Shown here piece by piece: positions 42,822 to 53,855 of a DNA stretch of 64,000 nt. The translations under genes were made by a program, and so were the position numbers. Under the pieces are notes generated by a model. It ran no database searches, had not been told where the DNA came from, and was given only the letters and a program-made list of their open reading frames with translations. Numbering within the stretch: the first letter of the stretch is position 1; each line of letters opens with the position of its first letter. The stretch lies in contig CAWCKW010000012.1 in NCBI GenBank assembly GCA_963796285.1, positions 1,248,001 through 1,312,000 on the forward strand, read 5' to 3'. Origin of the DNA: Nitrospirota bacterium. GTDB taxonomy: Bacteria > Nitrospirota > UBA9217.

Positions 42822-43340
42822 TCATTTCATTTTTGCCAGATGCTGCAGAATTTCGTTTTTATGAAGACCTACATAGGCGCAGCTGGGCTCTTCGCGGCAC
42901 TTCCGGCATTTCAAATCATACGCGGAATTTATCGTCCCGCATTTTGGGCACGAGAAATGCTCCCTCATCTCGGCGAACCACGTTTCGTATCCGGCACTCC
43001 TGATTCGTTCCTGAGATTTCCACAGTTCGATCCGATGAGGCCTCTCTGCTTGAAACGCTTTCAAGTTTTCACAAGGATACTCCGGGCACTGACCGCAAAA
43101 ATCCACCCCTTTATCAGAAGCGCATTTCGCCATGGTGCAGATGCTCTTACAGTAAAAGCATCTTTTTTCCGTACGGCATCCATGACAATGTAATTCCTCA
43201 ACCGGACGCTGCATACGCTGAGCCATTACTTCCAGTCTTGCCGGCTCTTCCCTGGTCCCAATATATATCGTGCAGGCAGGGCAAAAGAGTCCGCAAACGG
43301 CGGCGAGTTCTATGGGATAACACTGAAACTGTTTTATATA
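42822..43340 (-). CDS. DUF3795-family Cys-rich protein (start uncertain)
   Basis: Frame extends upstream of the track ORF to AAVCGLFCPAC; CHGC, FCGQCPEYPC. Confidence 0.8.
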   Translation of the reverse strand, partial: YIKQFQCYPIELAAVCGLFCPACTIYIGTREEPARLEVMAQRMQRPVEELHCHGCRTEKRCFYCKSICTMAKCASDKGVDFCGQCPEYPCENLKAFQAERPHRIELWKSQERIRSAGYETWFAEMREHFSCPKCGTINSAYDLKCRKCREEPSCAYVGLHKNEILQHLAKMK

Positions 43341-43811
43341 TGGGGGTTCCTCCAGAAAAATGCGAATTCATGCGTTGCGATGAGAACTTAATAAAAAAAA
43401 TGGCAACCGATGTTGCTTATAAGTTGGTTAATCCATTAGACAAAGGTAAATGAAATCTAAAAAGATATTATGGCACAATTTTCGGGGGGGGGGGTAGGTC
43501 CCAAGATATGGACCAATTGTGGATACCACTAAAAAAGCTCTTAGTAAAGTTGCAGCATTAAGCCGGTTTAAAGCGAAAAGAGTAAAAAGCTTTTACGATA
43601 TTGATGTAAATTAAATCCAGCATGCTAAAATTGTCTAAAAATGCGATAAGACTTATTCCAGGGGGTTAAACGCATCGATAGTGCGGACTAGCACGCAATT
43701 TTGACGCTTCAATAGTAGTCGCAAATGAAAACGTATAAAGAATTGTGCTAAAAATGTGCTAACGAAAGCCGATAGTGTAATTCGTAACCAACGCACCTAC
43801 AACTTACAAAT

Positions 43812-44009
43812 TCATTTGATTTTCTCACTGCCCTGCGAAACGGACTTGGTTGTATCTGTGGGCTCATCCTTTTCGTTCAATGCTTTTTTAAATTCCTTAA
43901 TACTTTTACCAAGTCCCTCCCCAAGTTGGGGCAACCTGCTCGGGCCAAATATAACTAGTGCAATAGCTAAAATAATGATCAAATGCATCGGCTGAAATAG
44001 TCCTTCCAT
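43812..44009 (-). CDS. tatA: Twin-arginine translocase TatA/E
   Basis: [26 protein letters not shown]; GGAGG-like RBS. Confidence 0.93.
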   Translation of the reverse strand: MEGLFQPMHLIIILAIALVIFGPSRLPQLGEGLGKSIKEFKKALNEKDEPTDTTKSVSQGSEKIK

Positions 44010-44129
44010 AAATGTCCTCCTCGCATATTATATTACAATTAGAAATAACCAATTAGTATAATATTAGCTCATCTCATTTAATAACTCAATCACATTCATC
44101 AAAACTAATTTTCAACTGGTTTCACGTGA

Positions 44130-44264
44130 TTATCCCTCGGTTATCACGGCCGTCGGCGTCACGAGGAGAAACAGTCCGCCGCCATCGAAGAGAGTGATCT
44201 TCTTCGCCTGAGGCTTAGCTTTTCTGATCTTTGCGTCCGATAGTCCTATAACTCGTTTCGGCAT
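44130..44264 (-). pseudogene. P4-type integrase N-terminal arm-binding fragment
   Basis: MPKRVIGLSDAKIRKAKPQAKKITLFDGGGLFLLVTP followed by an early stop; adjacent to the tRNA 3' end. Confidence 0.85.
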
Positions 44265-44395
44265 AAAGTGTTCCTCCTTTTTGGGTGTACGCGAAGGGAC
44301 TCTTTCCGTTTTGGGTGTACCTGAAGGATAAATGTACACCCAAAAACACTGGATTTAAGTATATTACATCGGACGAGGAAAGGCAAGAGAAATGA

Positions 44396-44424
44396 GAAAA
44401 GCCCCTATTTTAAAGGGGCTTTTG
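44396..44424 (-). terminator. Terminator after tRNA
   Basis: AAAAGCCCCT/AGGGGCTTTT hairpin. Confidence 0.7.
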
Positions 44425-44454
44425 CACTTTGTGAGGCTTGGTTGGATGAAGAAT

Positions 44455-44530
44455 TGGTGGACGAGAAGGGGATCGAACCCTCGGCCCCCGCATTGCGAAC
44501 GCGGTGCTCTCCCAGCTGAGCTACTCGCCC
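44455..44530 (-). tRNA. tRNA-Ala (CGC)
   Basis: GGGCGAGTAGCTCAGCTGGGAGAGCACCGCGTTCGCAATGCGGGGGCCGAGGGTTCGATCCCCTTCTCGTCCACCA; 76-nt cloverleaf with G3:U70. Confidence 0.96.
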
Positions 44531-44671
44531 CCAGTTTTAACGCGGGTTCAATGTAATCCATCGGACGGAATAAATCAAGAAGAAAATGGGAACAGAGGCC
44601 GGAAGACAGACGGACGGAACGCAAACGAATTCCCCTGATATCCTCTCCGTCCTTCTGTCCTCGGGAACATA

Positions 44672-44700
44672 TTGACAAATCGGTCCATCTTCGTTATAGT
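44672..44700 (+). promoter_or_regulatory. Sigma-70 promoter
   Basis: TTGACA-17-TATAGT. Confidence 0.7.
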
Positions 44701-44745
44701 GTGCAGGCTTAGAATACATATTTTCGTTCAAAGGAGAACCACCCC

Positions 44746-44856
44746 ATGCGTGAAAGACAAAAAGAATTGAAACGCAAACGTAAACGCCAAGACGAGACCC
44801 AGAAGGCCAAGACCAAAGCGATTTTAGCCGAGGTAGCGGCAAAAAAAGGGAAGTAA
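44746..44856 (+). CDS. 36-aa highly basic small protein
   Basis: AAGGAG RBS; MRERQKELKRKRKRQDETQKAKTKAILAEVAAKKGK*. Confidence 0.7.
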   Translation: MRERQKELKRKRKRQDETQKAKTKAILAEVAAKKGK

Positions 44857-44859
44857 CGT

Positions 44860-46786
44860 ATGCCGTTCCGGCGTATTCGCTCCACATCAGCGCTCCTCCT
44901 GTCCTTGCTTGTCTTCCTGTCCGTGCTGATCCCCGCGGGTTGCGTGCCAAAACTGGCTCCGGAACCGGCGTGGGAAAAAGATGCCCGCGAACTCCTTGAC
45001 CAAGCCGACTCCCTGTTTGCCAAAAAACAGTACGATCAGTCCGTGAAGACAGTAGAGGTTTTTTTCGCCCGTTTCCCGAAGAGCATACACCGGGACCGGG
45101 CGCTCTATCGTCTGGGAGAAGTGCGCCTGACGCAGCGAAACTACCCCCAGGCGCTCAGTGATTACAAGGAGATCATCGAGAAGTTCCCTTCCTCGCCGTT
45201 CATTGTCCAGTCGCGCTACAAACTCGGTCTGTGCTACTTTGAAATCAAGGAATATGACCTCGCCATCGCCAACCTTGAGGACCGGAGCAAGATCACCGAT
45301 CCGGCGCAGCTCAAGCGTATCGCGGAGATCCTCTCCATCGCATATGCGGCCAAAAAGGACTTTCCGCACGCGGTAAGGGAACTCACCTCGCTTGCCGAGA
45401 CCGAGCAGAACGACCGAAATAAGACGGGATACCGGGACAGGATCCGCGAGATCGTCGACAAGAACCTGACGGAAGCGGAACTCAGGACCCTTGCCGATGG
45501 GTCCAAGTACCCTTCGGACATCGCCCGGCTGCGGCTTGCCGCGCTGTTGATCGAACTGCGGCGGTACCGGGAAGCCGTATCAATAAGCAAGGACTTCCTC
45601 GAAAAATTCCCTGCTCACCCCGAGCGGATGAGGGGGGAGATGCTCCTGAGCGAGGCCACGTCCAAGCTCTCCTCGCCAAGGTACTATCTGGCCGCCCTCC
45701 TGCCTCAATCGGGCCAGCTTGCCTTCTTCGGCGACCGGGTGCTGAAAGGCATCCAGCTCGCGGTGCATACATACAATCTCCAGGCGCCCGAAAGCCGGGT
45801 CGAGCTTCTGGTGAAGGACACCGAGGGCTCGCCGGACAAGGCCGTTGCCGCGCTCACCGAACTCTCATCCAAAGACATCGTCGCGGCCATCGGGCCTTTG
45901 CTCACCAAGGAGGCGGAAGCGCTCGTCCCCTTCCTCGAAAAGCTGAAGGTCCCCGTCATCACACCGGCGGCGTCCGGCGAAAACATCGGAACGCTCAGCC
46001 CCTGGCTGTTCCGAAACGCGCTCACGAATTCGACCCAGGCAGCGGCGGCCGCCCAGTTCGCGCTCGGGCATCAACCTCAAAAAGTTCGTGGTCCTCTATC
46101 CGGACGATGCCTACGGCAGGGACCTGGCGCGCCTCTTCACCAGGGATTTGGAACAGAAGGCCGAGATCCTCGCTGCCATGGCCTACCCGCCTGAGGTCAA
46201 GGACTTCGGCCCCTACGTGCGGAAGATCATCGAGATCGATCTCCGCTCCCGGAGGATCGTCATCCCGGAGGACGACCTCGAAAGGAAAAAGCTCTTCGAT
46301 GATTTTACTCCGAGCTTCGATGCGCTCTATCTCCCCGGCCATGCCGAGGAGGTCGGCTTGCTCATCCCGCAGCTCGCTTTTTACAACATCAAGGACATGG
46401 CCATGATCGGTTCGAACAACTGGCATGCCCCCGATCTGATCGAACGTGCCGGCCGGTACGCGGAGGGAGCGGTCTTCATAGACGGGTTCTTCCCCGAGAG
46501 CACGGACCCCGTGATCAAACCGGTCATCGAGGCCTACCGCTCCGCATACCAGGAAGAACCGGACATCCTCGCGGCACAGGCCTACGACGCCGCCATGATG
46601 GTGCTCACGCTCATCAAGGAACATAAGGACACCCCGCAGGCGGTCCGGGACGGCCTGATCGCGATGAAAGACTATCCCGGCATCTCGGGAGTGACCACCT
46701 TCTCCGGGAACGGCGAGGCACTGAAGAAGCTATTCATCATCAAGATCCAGAATGGAAAATTCGTGCCTTATTCCAACGGGAAATAG
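44860..46786 (+). CDS. TPR plus periplasmic-binding-fold lipoprotein (LpoA/LppC-like; frameshift near 46075)
   Basis: Lipobox IPAGC, TPR repeats, LLPQSG, AIGPLL, AQAYDA. Confidence 0.85.
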
Positions 46787-46877
46787 CCCCCTGCCCTGTT
46801 TTTCCTTGACAAGGCCCCGTGCTTTCTTTTAGTATCAAGTCCTCTTTTACGTCCCGATTCGGAGAAAAAACCTTCCC

Positions 46878-47560
46878 ATGGAAGAACTGAATATCATACA
46901 AAAGATCGTTGTCATGGCGCCGCCGCTCGTGTTCGCCATCGTGCTGCACGAAGTGGCGCACGGCTGGGTTGCGGAAAAGCTCGGCGACAACACGGCCCGC
47001 AGCATGGGCAGGCTCACGCTGAACCCCATCTCGCACATCGATCTCTTCGGTACGATCATCATGCCGCTCATGCTTTTTGTGCTCACGAACGGCAAGATGG
47101 TGTTCGGCTATGCCAAACCGGTGCCGATCAATCCCTACAACTTCAAAGACCCGAAAAAAGGCATGGCGCTCTCGTCGCATTGCCGGACCGGGGATCAACC
47201 TGATCATGGCCTTGTCGTTCTCGCTTCATCCTGCGCGTGGTCATTCCCTCTGCTGGAGGGCTTGGTTCCGAAGACAGCATGGGACATGTTTGTGCTGCCC
47301 ATCGCCCTGATGCTGGGTTATGGGGTCGTCATCAATGTCGTGCTTGCCGTGCTGAACATGATCCCCATTCCGCCGCTCGACGGGAGCAGGGTCGTTTACT
47401 GGCTTCTCCCAGACAAACCAGCAGCTGTCTATTACCGTCTCGAACCCTATGGCATGCTCATTCTTATGATGCTCATCATGCTTCGGTGCGCTCGGCAAGA
47501 TCATGACGCCCATCCTCCGGCCGATCCTGTACGCTGCTTCTGGGCGGGGATATTATGTGA
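46878..47560 (+). CDS. Site-2 protease (peptidase M50; indels)
   Basis: HEVAHG, NMIPIPPLDG. Confidence 0.9.
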
Positions 47561-47650
47561 ACCAGGATACAGGAGTTCAGGGTACAGAGTTCAGAATTCT
47601 GCTTTTAATCCGTGACATCTGACTCCAGACTGCTTAATAAAGGACTTCCT

Positions 47651-48638
47651 ATGACCAAACAACGTGTCTTAAGCGGCATGCAGCCGAGCGGTCTCCTGCA
47701 CCTCGGGAACCTCATGGGCGCCCTGAACAACTGGCGCAAGCTCCAGGACCAGTACGAGTGCTACTACTTCATCGCAGACTGGCACGCCCTCACCACGAGC
47801 TACGCCGACCCGTCGAACATCCGCACGCACAGCCGCGAAATGGTGATCGACTGGCTCGCTGCCGGCCTCGATCCGGAGAAGGCCGTGCTCTTCCAGCAGT
47901 CTCTCGTTCCCGAGCACGCCGTGCTGCATCTGCTTTTGTCCATGTCCACGCCGCTTCCCTGGCTCGAGCGCGTACCGACCTACAAGGAAAAAATGGACCA
48001 GATCCAGGACCGGGACATGAACACCTACGGGTTCCTCGGCTATCCCGTGCTCCAGGCCGCCGACATCCTCATCTACAAGGCGAACTTTGTGCCGGTCGGC
48101 ACCGACCAGCTCCCCCACCTGGAACTCACGCGCGAGATCTGCCGCCGCTTCAACCAGTTCTACGGCGAGGTCTTCCCCGAACCCCAGCCGCTCATGACCG
48201 AGTACCCCAAGCTGCCGGGCACCGATGGCCGCAAAATGAGCAAAAGCTACGGGAACTGCCTCTACCTTTCGGACAGCCCCGAAGACATCACCAAAAAGGT
48301 GATGCAGATGATCACCGACCCGGCACGCGTCCGGCGGCAGGACCCCGGCAATCCCGATATCTGTCCCCTCTTCGCGCTCGACAAGATCTTCGCTCCCAAA
48401 GAGTGGTGCGATCATGTCAACGTGGAGTGCAGGCGCGCCGGCATCGGATGCGTGGACGACAAGAAGGAACTGTTGAAGCACCTCCTCGCCTATCTAGCGC
48501 CCATGCAGGAGCGCAGAAGATCGCTCGTTGCCGATCCCGGAGAAGATCACCGAGATCATCCAGGAGGGATCGCGCAAGGCCCGCGTCATTGCCGCGAAAA
48601 CGCTCGTTGAAGCGAATGAGGCGATGAAGCTGTTATAA
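47651..48638 (+). CDS. trpS: Tryptophanyl-tRNA synthetase (3' indel)
   Basis: SGMQPSG..HLGN, YPVLQAADIL, KMSKS. Confidence 0.96.
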
Positions 48639-48672
48639 ACTATTTTTCAACTTTTCTCCGCCACAAAAAACC

Positions 48673-48701
48673 TTGACAATGATCTTTGTCTCCCCTATTA
48701 T
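48673..48701 (+). promoter_or_regulatory. Sigma-70 promoter
   Basis: TTGACA-17-TATTAT. Confidence 0.65.
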
Positions 48702-48731
48702 CAAATCAGAGATATTTCAGGAAAAAACCGC

Positions 48732-49715
48732 ATGACAACTACCCTTCAGGACGTTTTAAAAGAGTACAAATCCGACATGGAGCGCATGGAACACAGGCTC
48801 CATGAGAGCCTGGGCACCGATGTCCCGCTCATCCAGCAGGTCAGCAAATATATCCTCGGCGCGGGCGGCAAACGCTTCCGTCCTTTGCTGCATCTGCTCT
48901 CGGCCCGGCTTTGCGGTTTCCGTGAACACAACGCGGAATACATCCTTGGCAGCGTTGTGGAATATATCCACACTGCATCGCTTCTGCACGACGACGTCGT
49001 TGACGAGGCAAAGGTCCGCCGCGGCCGCGCCTCTGCGAACTCCATCTGGGGGAACCAGGCGAGCGTTCTCGTCGGCGACTACCTCTACTCCAAGGCGCTC
49101 TTTCATGCGGTGCGGCTCCAGAACCAGCGGGTCATGGACGTTCTCTCCGAGACTACGACCACCATGTCCGAGGGAGAGGTGCTCCAGCTCATGCAGATCC
49201 AGAACGCGGACCTCACCGAGGCGGACTATTTCCGGCTCGTGGAGTGCAAGACCGGGGTGCTCATTTCCGCCGCGTGCCGGCTCGGCGCCATCATCAGCAA
49301 GGCGCCGCTCTCGCAGGAGGACGCCCTCACCGCCTACGGAAAAAAGCTCGGCCTTTCGTTCCAGATCACCGACGATACCCTCGATTACGCGGCCGACCAG
49401 AAGCAGCTCGGCAAAACCCTCGGCAAGGACCTGGATGAAGGCAAAGTCACCCTCCCCCTCATCTACCTCATGCGCAAAGCGGACGCCGGGGAGAAGGACA
49501 ATCTGAGGAATATCCTGAATGCCGATGTGGTCAGCGAGGGCGATCTGTCGTACACGCTGGGGCTGATGAAGAAGCACGGTGCTGTTGAAGAGGCGCTCGG
49601 TCTCGCGCAAACGCTCTCCAATGATGCGAAGAACGCCCTGTTCCTGTTCCCCGATTCACTGCCGCGCCGGGCGCTCATGGCCCTTGCCGACTACGTGGTG
49701 CAGCGGGAGATGTGA
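48732..49715 (+). CDS. ispB: Polyprenyl diphosphate synthase (IspB-like)
   Basis: [24 protein letters not shown]. Confidence 0.92.
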   Translation: MTTTLQDVLKEYKSDMERMEHRLHESLGTDVPLIQQVSKYILGAGGKRFRPLLHLLSARLCGFREHNAEYILGSVVEYIHTASLLHDDVVDEAKVRRGRASANSIWGNQASVLVGDYLYSKALFHAVRLQNQRVMDVLSETTTTMSEGEVLQLMQIQNADLTEADYFRLVECKTGVLISAACRLGAIISKAPLSQEDALTAYGKKLGLSFQITDDTLDYAADQKQLGKTLGKDLDEGKVTLPLIYLMRKADAGEKDNLRNILNADVVSEGDLSYTLGLMKKHGAVEEALGLAQTLSNDAKNALFLFPDSLPRRALMALADYVVQREM

Positions 49716-49716
49716 G

Positions 49717-50232
49717 ATGCATCCTCTTGTCAAGCTGGCAAAGGACACCGTCGAGCTGTACGTCCGCGAGGGGAAGCTGCTGCCGGTTCCCGATAAGGAC
49801 CTCACCCCGGAAATGAAAGAGCAAGCCGGGGTCTTCGTGTGCCTGAAAATACGGGGCATGCTTCGGGGATGCATCGGGACCTTCCTGCCGATGGAGTGTG
49901 ATGTTGCGCACGAAGTGGTCCGAAACGCCATCAGCGCCGCGACCTGCGACCCCCGTTTCCCGGCCGTGCGCGTTGGGGAACTGGACACCATCGAGTATTC
50001 GGTGGACGTGCTCACCCCCCCGGAAAGGGTCAAGGATACCGGAGAACTCGATCCCCGCCGCTACGGAGTGATCGTGCAGTCAGGCGGCCGCCGTGGCCTG
50101 CTTCTGCCTGACCTCGAAGGCGTGGACACCGTGGATTACCAGATCAGCATCGCCATGCAGAAAGCCGGGATCCCGCCCGGAACGCCGGTCGAGCTTTCAC
50201 GGTTTGAAGTAAAACGATATCATGAACAATAA
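49717..50232 (+). CDS. AmmeMemoRadiSam system protein A (AMMECR1 domain)
   Basis: [20 protein letters not shown]. Confidence 0.92.
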   Translation: MHPLVKLAKDTVELYVREGKLLPVPDKDLTPEMKEQAGVFVCLKIRGMLRGCIGTFLPMECDVAHEVVRNAISAATCDPRFPAVRVGELDTIEYSVDVLTPPERVKDTGELDPRRYGVIVQSGGRRGLLLPDLEGVDTVDYQISIAMQKAGIPPGTPVELSRFEVKRYHEQ

Positions 50233-50272
50233 CATCTCGAATACATTTACCTTAAGGAGGGCATGAAAACTG

Positions 50273-50617
50273 ATGGAAAGACCGGACAGGACCGAAAAAG
50301 ACGATGCACAGAAGGCAAAGCTCATATTTTTTTCACTTGCAGCGCTGGTGACCATTCTGCTCATCTGGAGCTTTTATACGGCGAACAGCGCCAGACGTGA
50401 ACGCGACCAGGCAAGACAGGAAATCGACCAGGCTAAACAGGATAATGCCAAGCTTGAGCAAATGCTGAAGGACCAGAACCAGATGAACGACGAACTCAAG
50501 AATAAGCTGCAGCTCTGCGAAGACAAATTAAAAGCAAAACCTGTGGCGGTGGTGAAGAAGCCCGTTGTTGCCAAAAAAACCGCAAAGAAGACATACCAAA
50601 CACAAAAAAAAGACTAA
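50273..50617 (+). CDS. Membrane-anchored coiled-coil hypothetical protein
   Basis: One TM, coiled coil, Lys-rich tail; AAGGAGG upstream. Confidence 0.7.
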   Translation: MERPDRTEKDDAQKAKLIFFSLAALVTILLIWSFYTANSARRERDQARQEIDQAKQDNAKLEQMLKDQNQMNDELKNKLQLCEDKLKAKPVAVVKKPVVAKKTAKKTYQTQKKD

Positions 50618-50708
50618 GTAGTCGGAGACCGGCCGCAGAGTCCGGGGCAACGCCCATCGGGACGCGTTCTCCGTGTTTTGTTATGCAGTATCGAGAATGG
50701 AGAACATC

Positions 50709-51249
50709 ATGAATAAACAGCAGGCCATCCGTTCCTTTGAGTATAAAAATGATTATCTGTACATCGTCATCCGCCAGGCGCCTGAACAGGGACCGAAGGC
50801 CTACGTTTACTGCTGCGGGATCAACATCGCCCGGTTCGATCCCATTTGCTGGGGCAAGGCGGGTATCTGCTCGAACCCCGCATTCAAGGGTCTGCAGCTT
50901 GCTGCGGGCTGATGTCTCGGCGTTCGGGCTGAAACTGGGCATCCAGACGAAAAATGCCGAACAGATCCCCTGCGGTCCCCTGTCCCCGCAGAAAGGGAAC
51001 GGATGGTACCGTGAGAACGCCCTCTTGATCGTCGAGGCGACTCCAACAGCCGTTCAGAAGATCCTGGAGTTCAGCGTCCGGGACCTGGTGCAAACGGTCC
51101 TGGCTGTCTGCGCCGCCGATGCAAAGCTCCCGGCCAAGCTTCCGAACTCGCCGCAGATGCAGAAGTATCTTGAGTCCCTGAGCGTAAAAAATTACAGGGA
51201 AATGGCGCCGCCGCCGATCGCGAGAAAGCAGGACCAGGAAAAAAACTAA
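50709..51249 (+). CDS. Hypothetical protein (frameshift near 50905)
   Basis: ORFs 50673..50912 and 50737..51249 join; GGAG RBS. Confidence 0.5.
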
Positions 51250-51525
51250 CAGCTCATCGGCTGTAAAAATCTCCCGCCTTACCTTTGATGAACACAAAAA
51301 ACATTTATTCACCGCCGAGAACGCGGTGCTGTAAAATTGATGATCCCGCAAGAACGTCTATTTTTCACACGAAGCCACAAAGACACGAAGAAAAAACTAT
51401 TGATTATAAGAGGGTATTACCTCTCCGTGGTTTCGTGACTCAGTGTGGCCCTCGTCTTGGCCATTGTGTGAGCAAGGACTTTTTACGACTTTATCAAAAT
51501 TGCCCTGCTGCCGAACGTTAAGATC

Positions 51526-52571
51526 ATGTCCTCCCTTGCGCTCATCAAAGACGACCGTTACCTGGAGCATGACCCCGGCGACGGCCATCCCGAAAGCCCG
51601 GACCGGCTGCGCGTGATCCACGGGCTCATCGACCGGGAATTCAGCGGCCTGCCGCTTATCCCTCCGCGCCTCGCGACACAGAGCGAACTCGCCCTGGTCC
51701 ACGACCCGTCCTACATTCAGGCCGTAGCGAACACGCTGGACGGACACACTCCCAGCTCGATCCCGATACCGGTCTTTCCGCGCGGTCATATGAGATCGCC
51801 TGCCTCGCGGCCGGCGGCCTGCTCAACGGTGTAGATGCTTTGCTCAATCCGCAATCCGAAATCCGCAATCCGAAATCGATCTTCGCCCTTGTCCGTCCCC
51901 CCGGCCACCACGCCGAGCCCGAGCGCGGCATGGGATTCTGCCTCTTCAACAATGTGGCCATCGCCGCGGCGTACGCAAAAGAACAATACGGATTGAAAAG
52001 GATCTTGATCGTGGACTGGGACCTGCACCACGGCAATGGCACCCAGCGCGCGTTCTTTGACGACCCGGGTGTGCTTTTTTTCTCGTCCCACCAGTATCCA
52101 TACTATCCGGGCAGCGGCGGCGTCCATGAGGTCGGGAGCGGCAAGGGAGAGGGCTACACCGTGAACGCGCCTTTCCCCACCGGGTTCGGCGACGCTGAGT
52201 ACGTCTCCGTGTATACTAAAATTCTCACACCCATCGCGCTCGAGTATAAGCCCGAACTTGTCCTCGTATCCGCCGGTTTCGACCCGTTCGTCAAGGACCC
52301 GCTCGGCGGCATGAAACTGACCGGGGAAGGCTTCGGCGCTCTTGCCGGCATTGTGCAGGACATCGCGCGCCAGGCCTGTGACGGCAAGGTCCTGATGACC
52401 CTCGAAGGCGGGTACAATCCCGAAGGACTGCGGAACGGCGTCCGGGCCGTACTCCAGACGCTCATCGGCCGGCCCGCTCCCGCTCCGACGAATGCCCCGT
52501 CGGCAGACGCTGATGAGGTGATTGCGCGGATCGTCAGCGTTCATAAAAAATACTGGCAGAGCCTGAAATAG
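51526..52571 (+). CDS. Histone deacetylase-family amidohydrolase (frameshift near 51745)
   Basis: HPESPDRL, RPPGHHA, GFCLFNN, DWDLHHGNGTQ, LEGGY. Confidence 0.93.
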
Positions 52572-52663
52572 ATCCTCAATCACGCCGGAACAGACCTCCT
52601 GAACGCGCCTCTCACTATATTCGCTTTGTTGACATTTGTCGCCCTCTTCTGGTATTATCACGC

Positions 52664-53855
52664 ATGCCTTTTTTCACCTATAAAGCCGTACGCGAAGACG
52701 GCACCTCGGTCATCGACGAGGCCATGGCGGGGAATGCCGCGGAACTCCGGCACGAGCTCGAGGACCGGGGCTACCTGGTACTGAACCTCGAGAAAAAACG
52801 CGCGGCGCTGAAGGGCGGCCGCGGGAGCGCAAAGGAATTTCCTCATCTTCAACCAGGAATTCGCCACCCTCATCAAGGCGGGGCTGCCCATTCTCCAGGC
52901 GATCGAACTATTGCACAAGCGGACGGAAAACCCGGGGTTCCGGAGCACCATCGAGAGCATCATCCACGACATCAAGGGCGGATCAGCGCTCTCGGACGCC
53001 ATGGCCCGTCACCCGGCCTACTTCTCTCCCCTCTACACCTCCACGGTGCGGGCCGGCGAGAAAAGCGGCGCACTCGTCGAAGTGCTGAAGCGCTTCATTG
53101 CGTACCAGAAAAGAATGATCGCCGTGCTGAGCAAGTTGAAAATGGCGCTCGCCTACCCGATCTTTCTGGTCATCGCGCTGATAGCGGTTCTCTTGCTCTT
53201 TTTCCTCTATATCATTCCGAACTTCACCCAGATGTACAGCGACCAGGCCGGCTCGCTCCCCTTTCTGACTAATCTCCTGGTGGCATTCACTACCGCGCTC
53301 ACCCGGTACGCGCCGTTTATCTTCATCGGTCTCTTCGGCGCCGGCGCGGGAATACACTTCTGGCAGAGGACGGAGAACGGCAGGGAGACGATCGACGGCC
53401 TGAAGCTCAGGATCCCGCTTCTGAAGTCGATCATGCTGCAGTATCTGCTCGCACAGATCACGCGGACCCTCGCCACCGTGCTCCGGGGCGGCATCCCGCT
53501 GGTGCAGGCCCTCGATACCACCGCGGGAGTGATCAGCAACAGGGTCATGGCGCGGCAATTGGCGGAGGCCCGGGCGCTCGTGACCGAAGGCGTGAGCCTC
53601 GCCGATGCATTCGAACGCACCCGGCTCGCGCCCGATATGACCATACGCATGATCGAGGTGGGAGAGTCGTCCGGCGACCTTCCGCAGATGCTCGAGGACG
53701 TGGCGGATTTCTACGACCAGGAGGTTGAGAACAGGTTGACGGTGCTGACGACCATGATCGAGCCGGTATTGATGCTGTCCATGGGGATCGTGATGGCCGT
53801 GATCGTGGTGGCTCTCTACCTCCCGATATTCGAAATGGGGGCGCATCTTAAATGA
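52664..53855 (+). CDS. Type II secretion/type IV pilus inner membrane platform protein (GspF/PilC; frameshift near 52838)
   Basis: AGEKSG, VGESSG, IEPVL, ALYLPIF. Confidence 0.92.

Larger units (their letters stand above)
29438..44500. mobile_element. Decayed genomic island integrated at tRNA-Ala(CGC)
   Basis: Flanking tRNA repeat, integrase remnant, inverted arm-like sites, AT-rich accessory cargo. Confidence 0.72.

Noticed and set aside
43484-43494. Poly-G tract as a phase-variation switch
   Set aside because: It is not in an intact ORF or an evident promoter, and homopolymer length is unreliable in this assembly.
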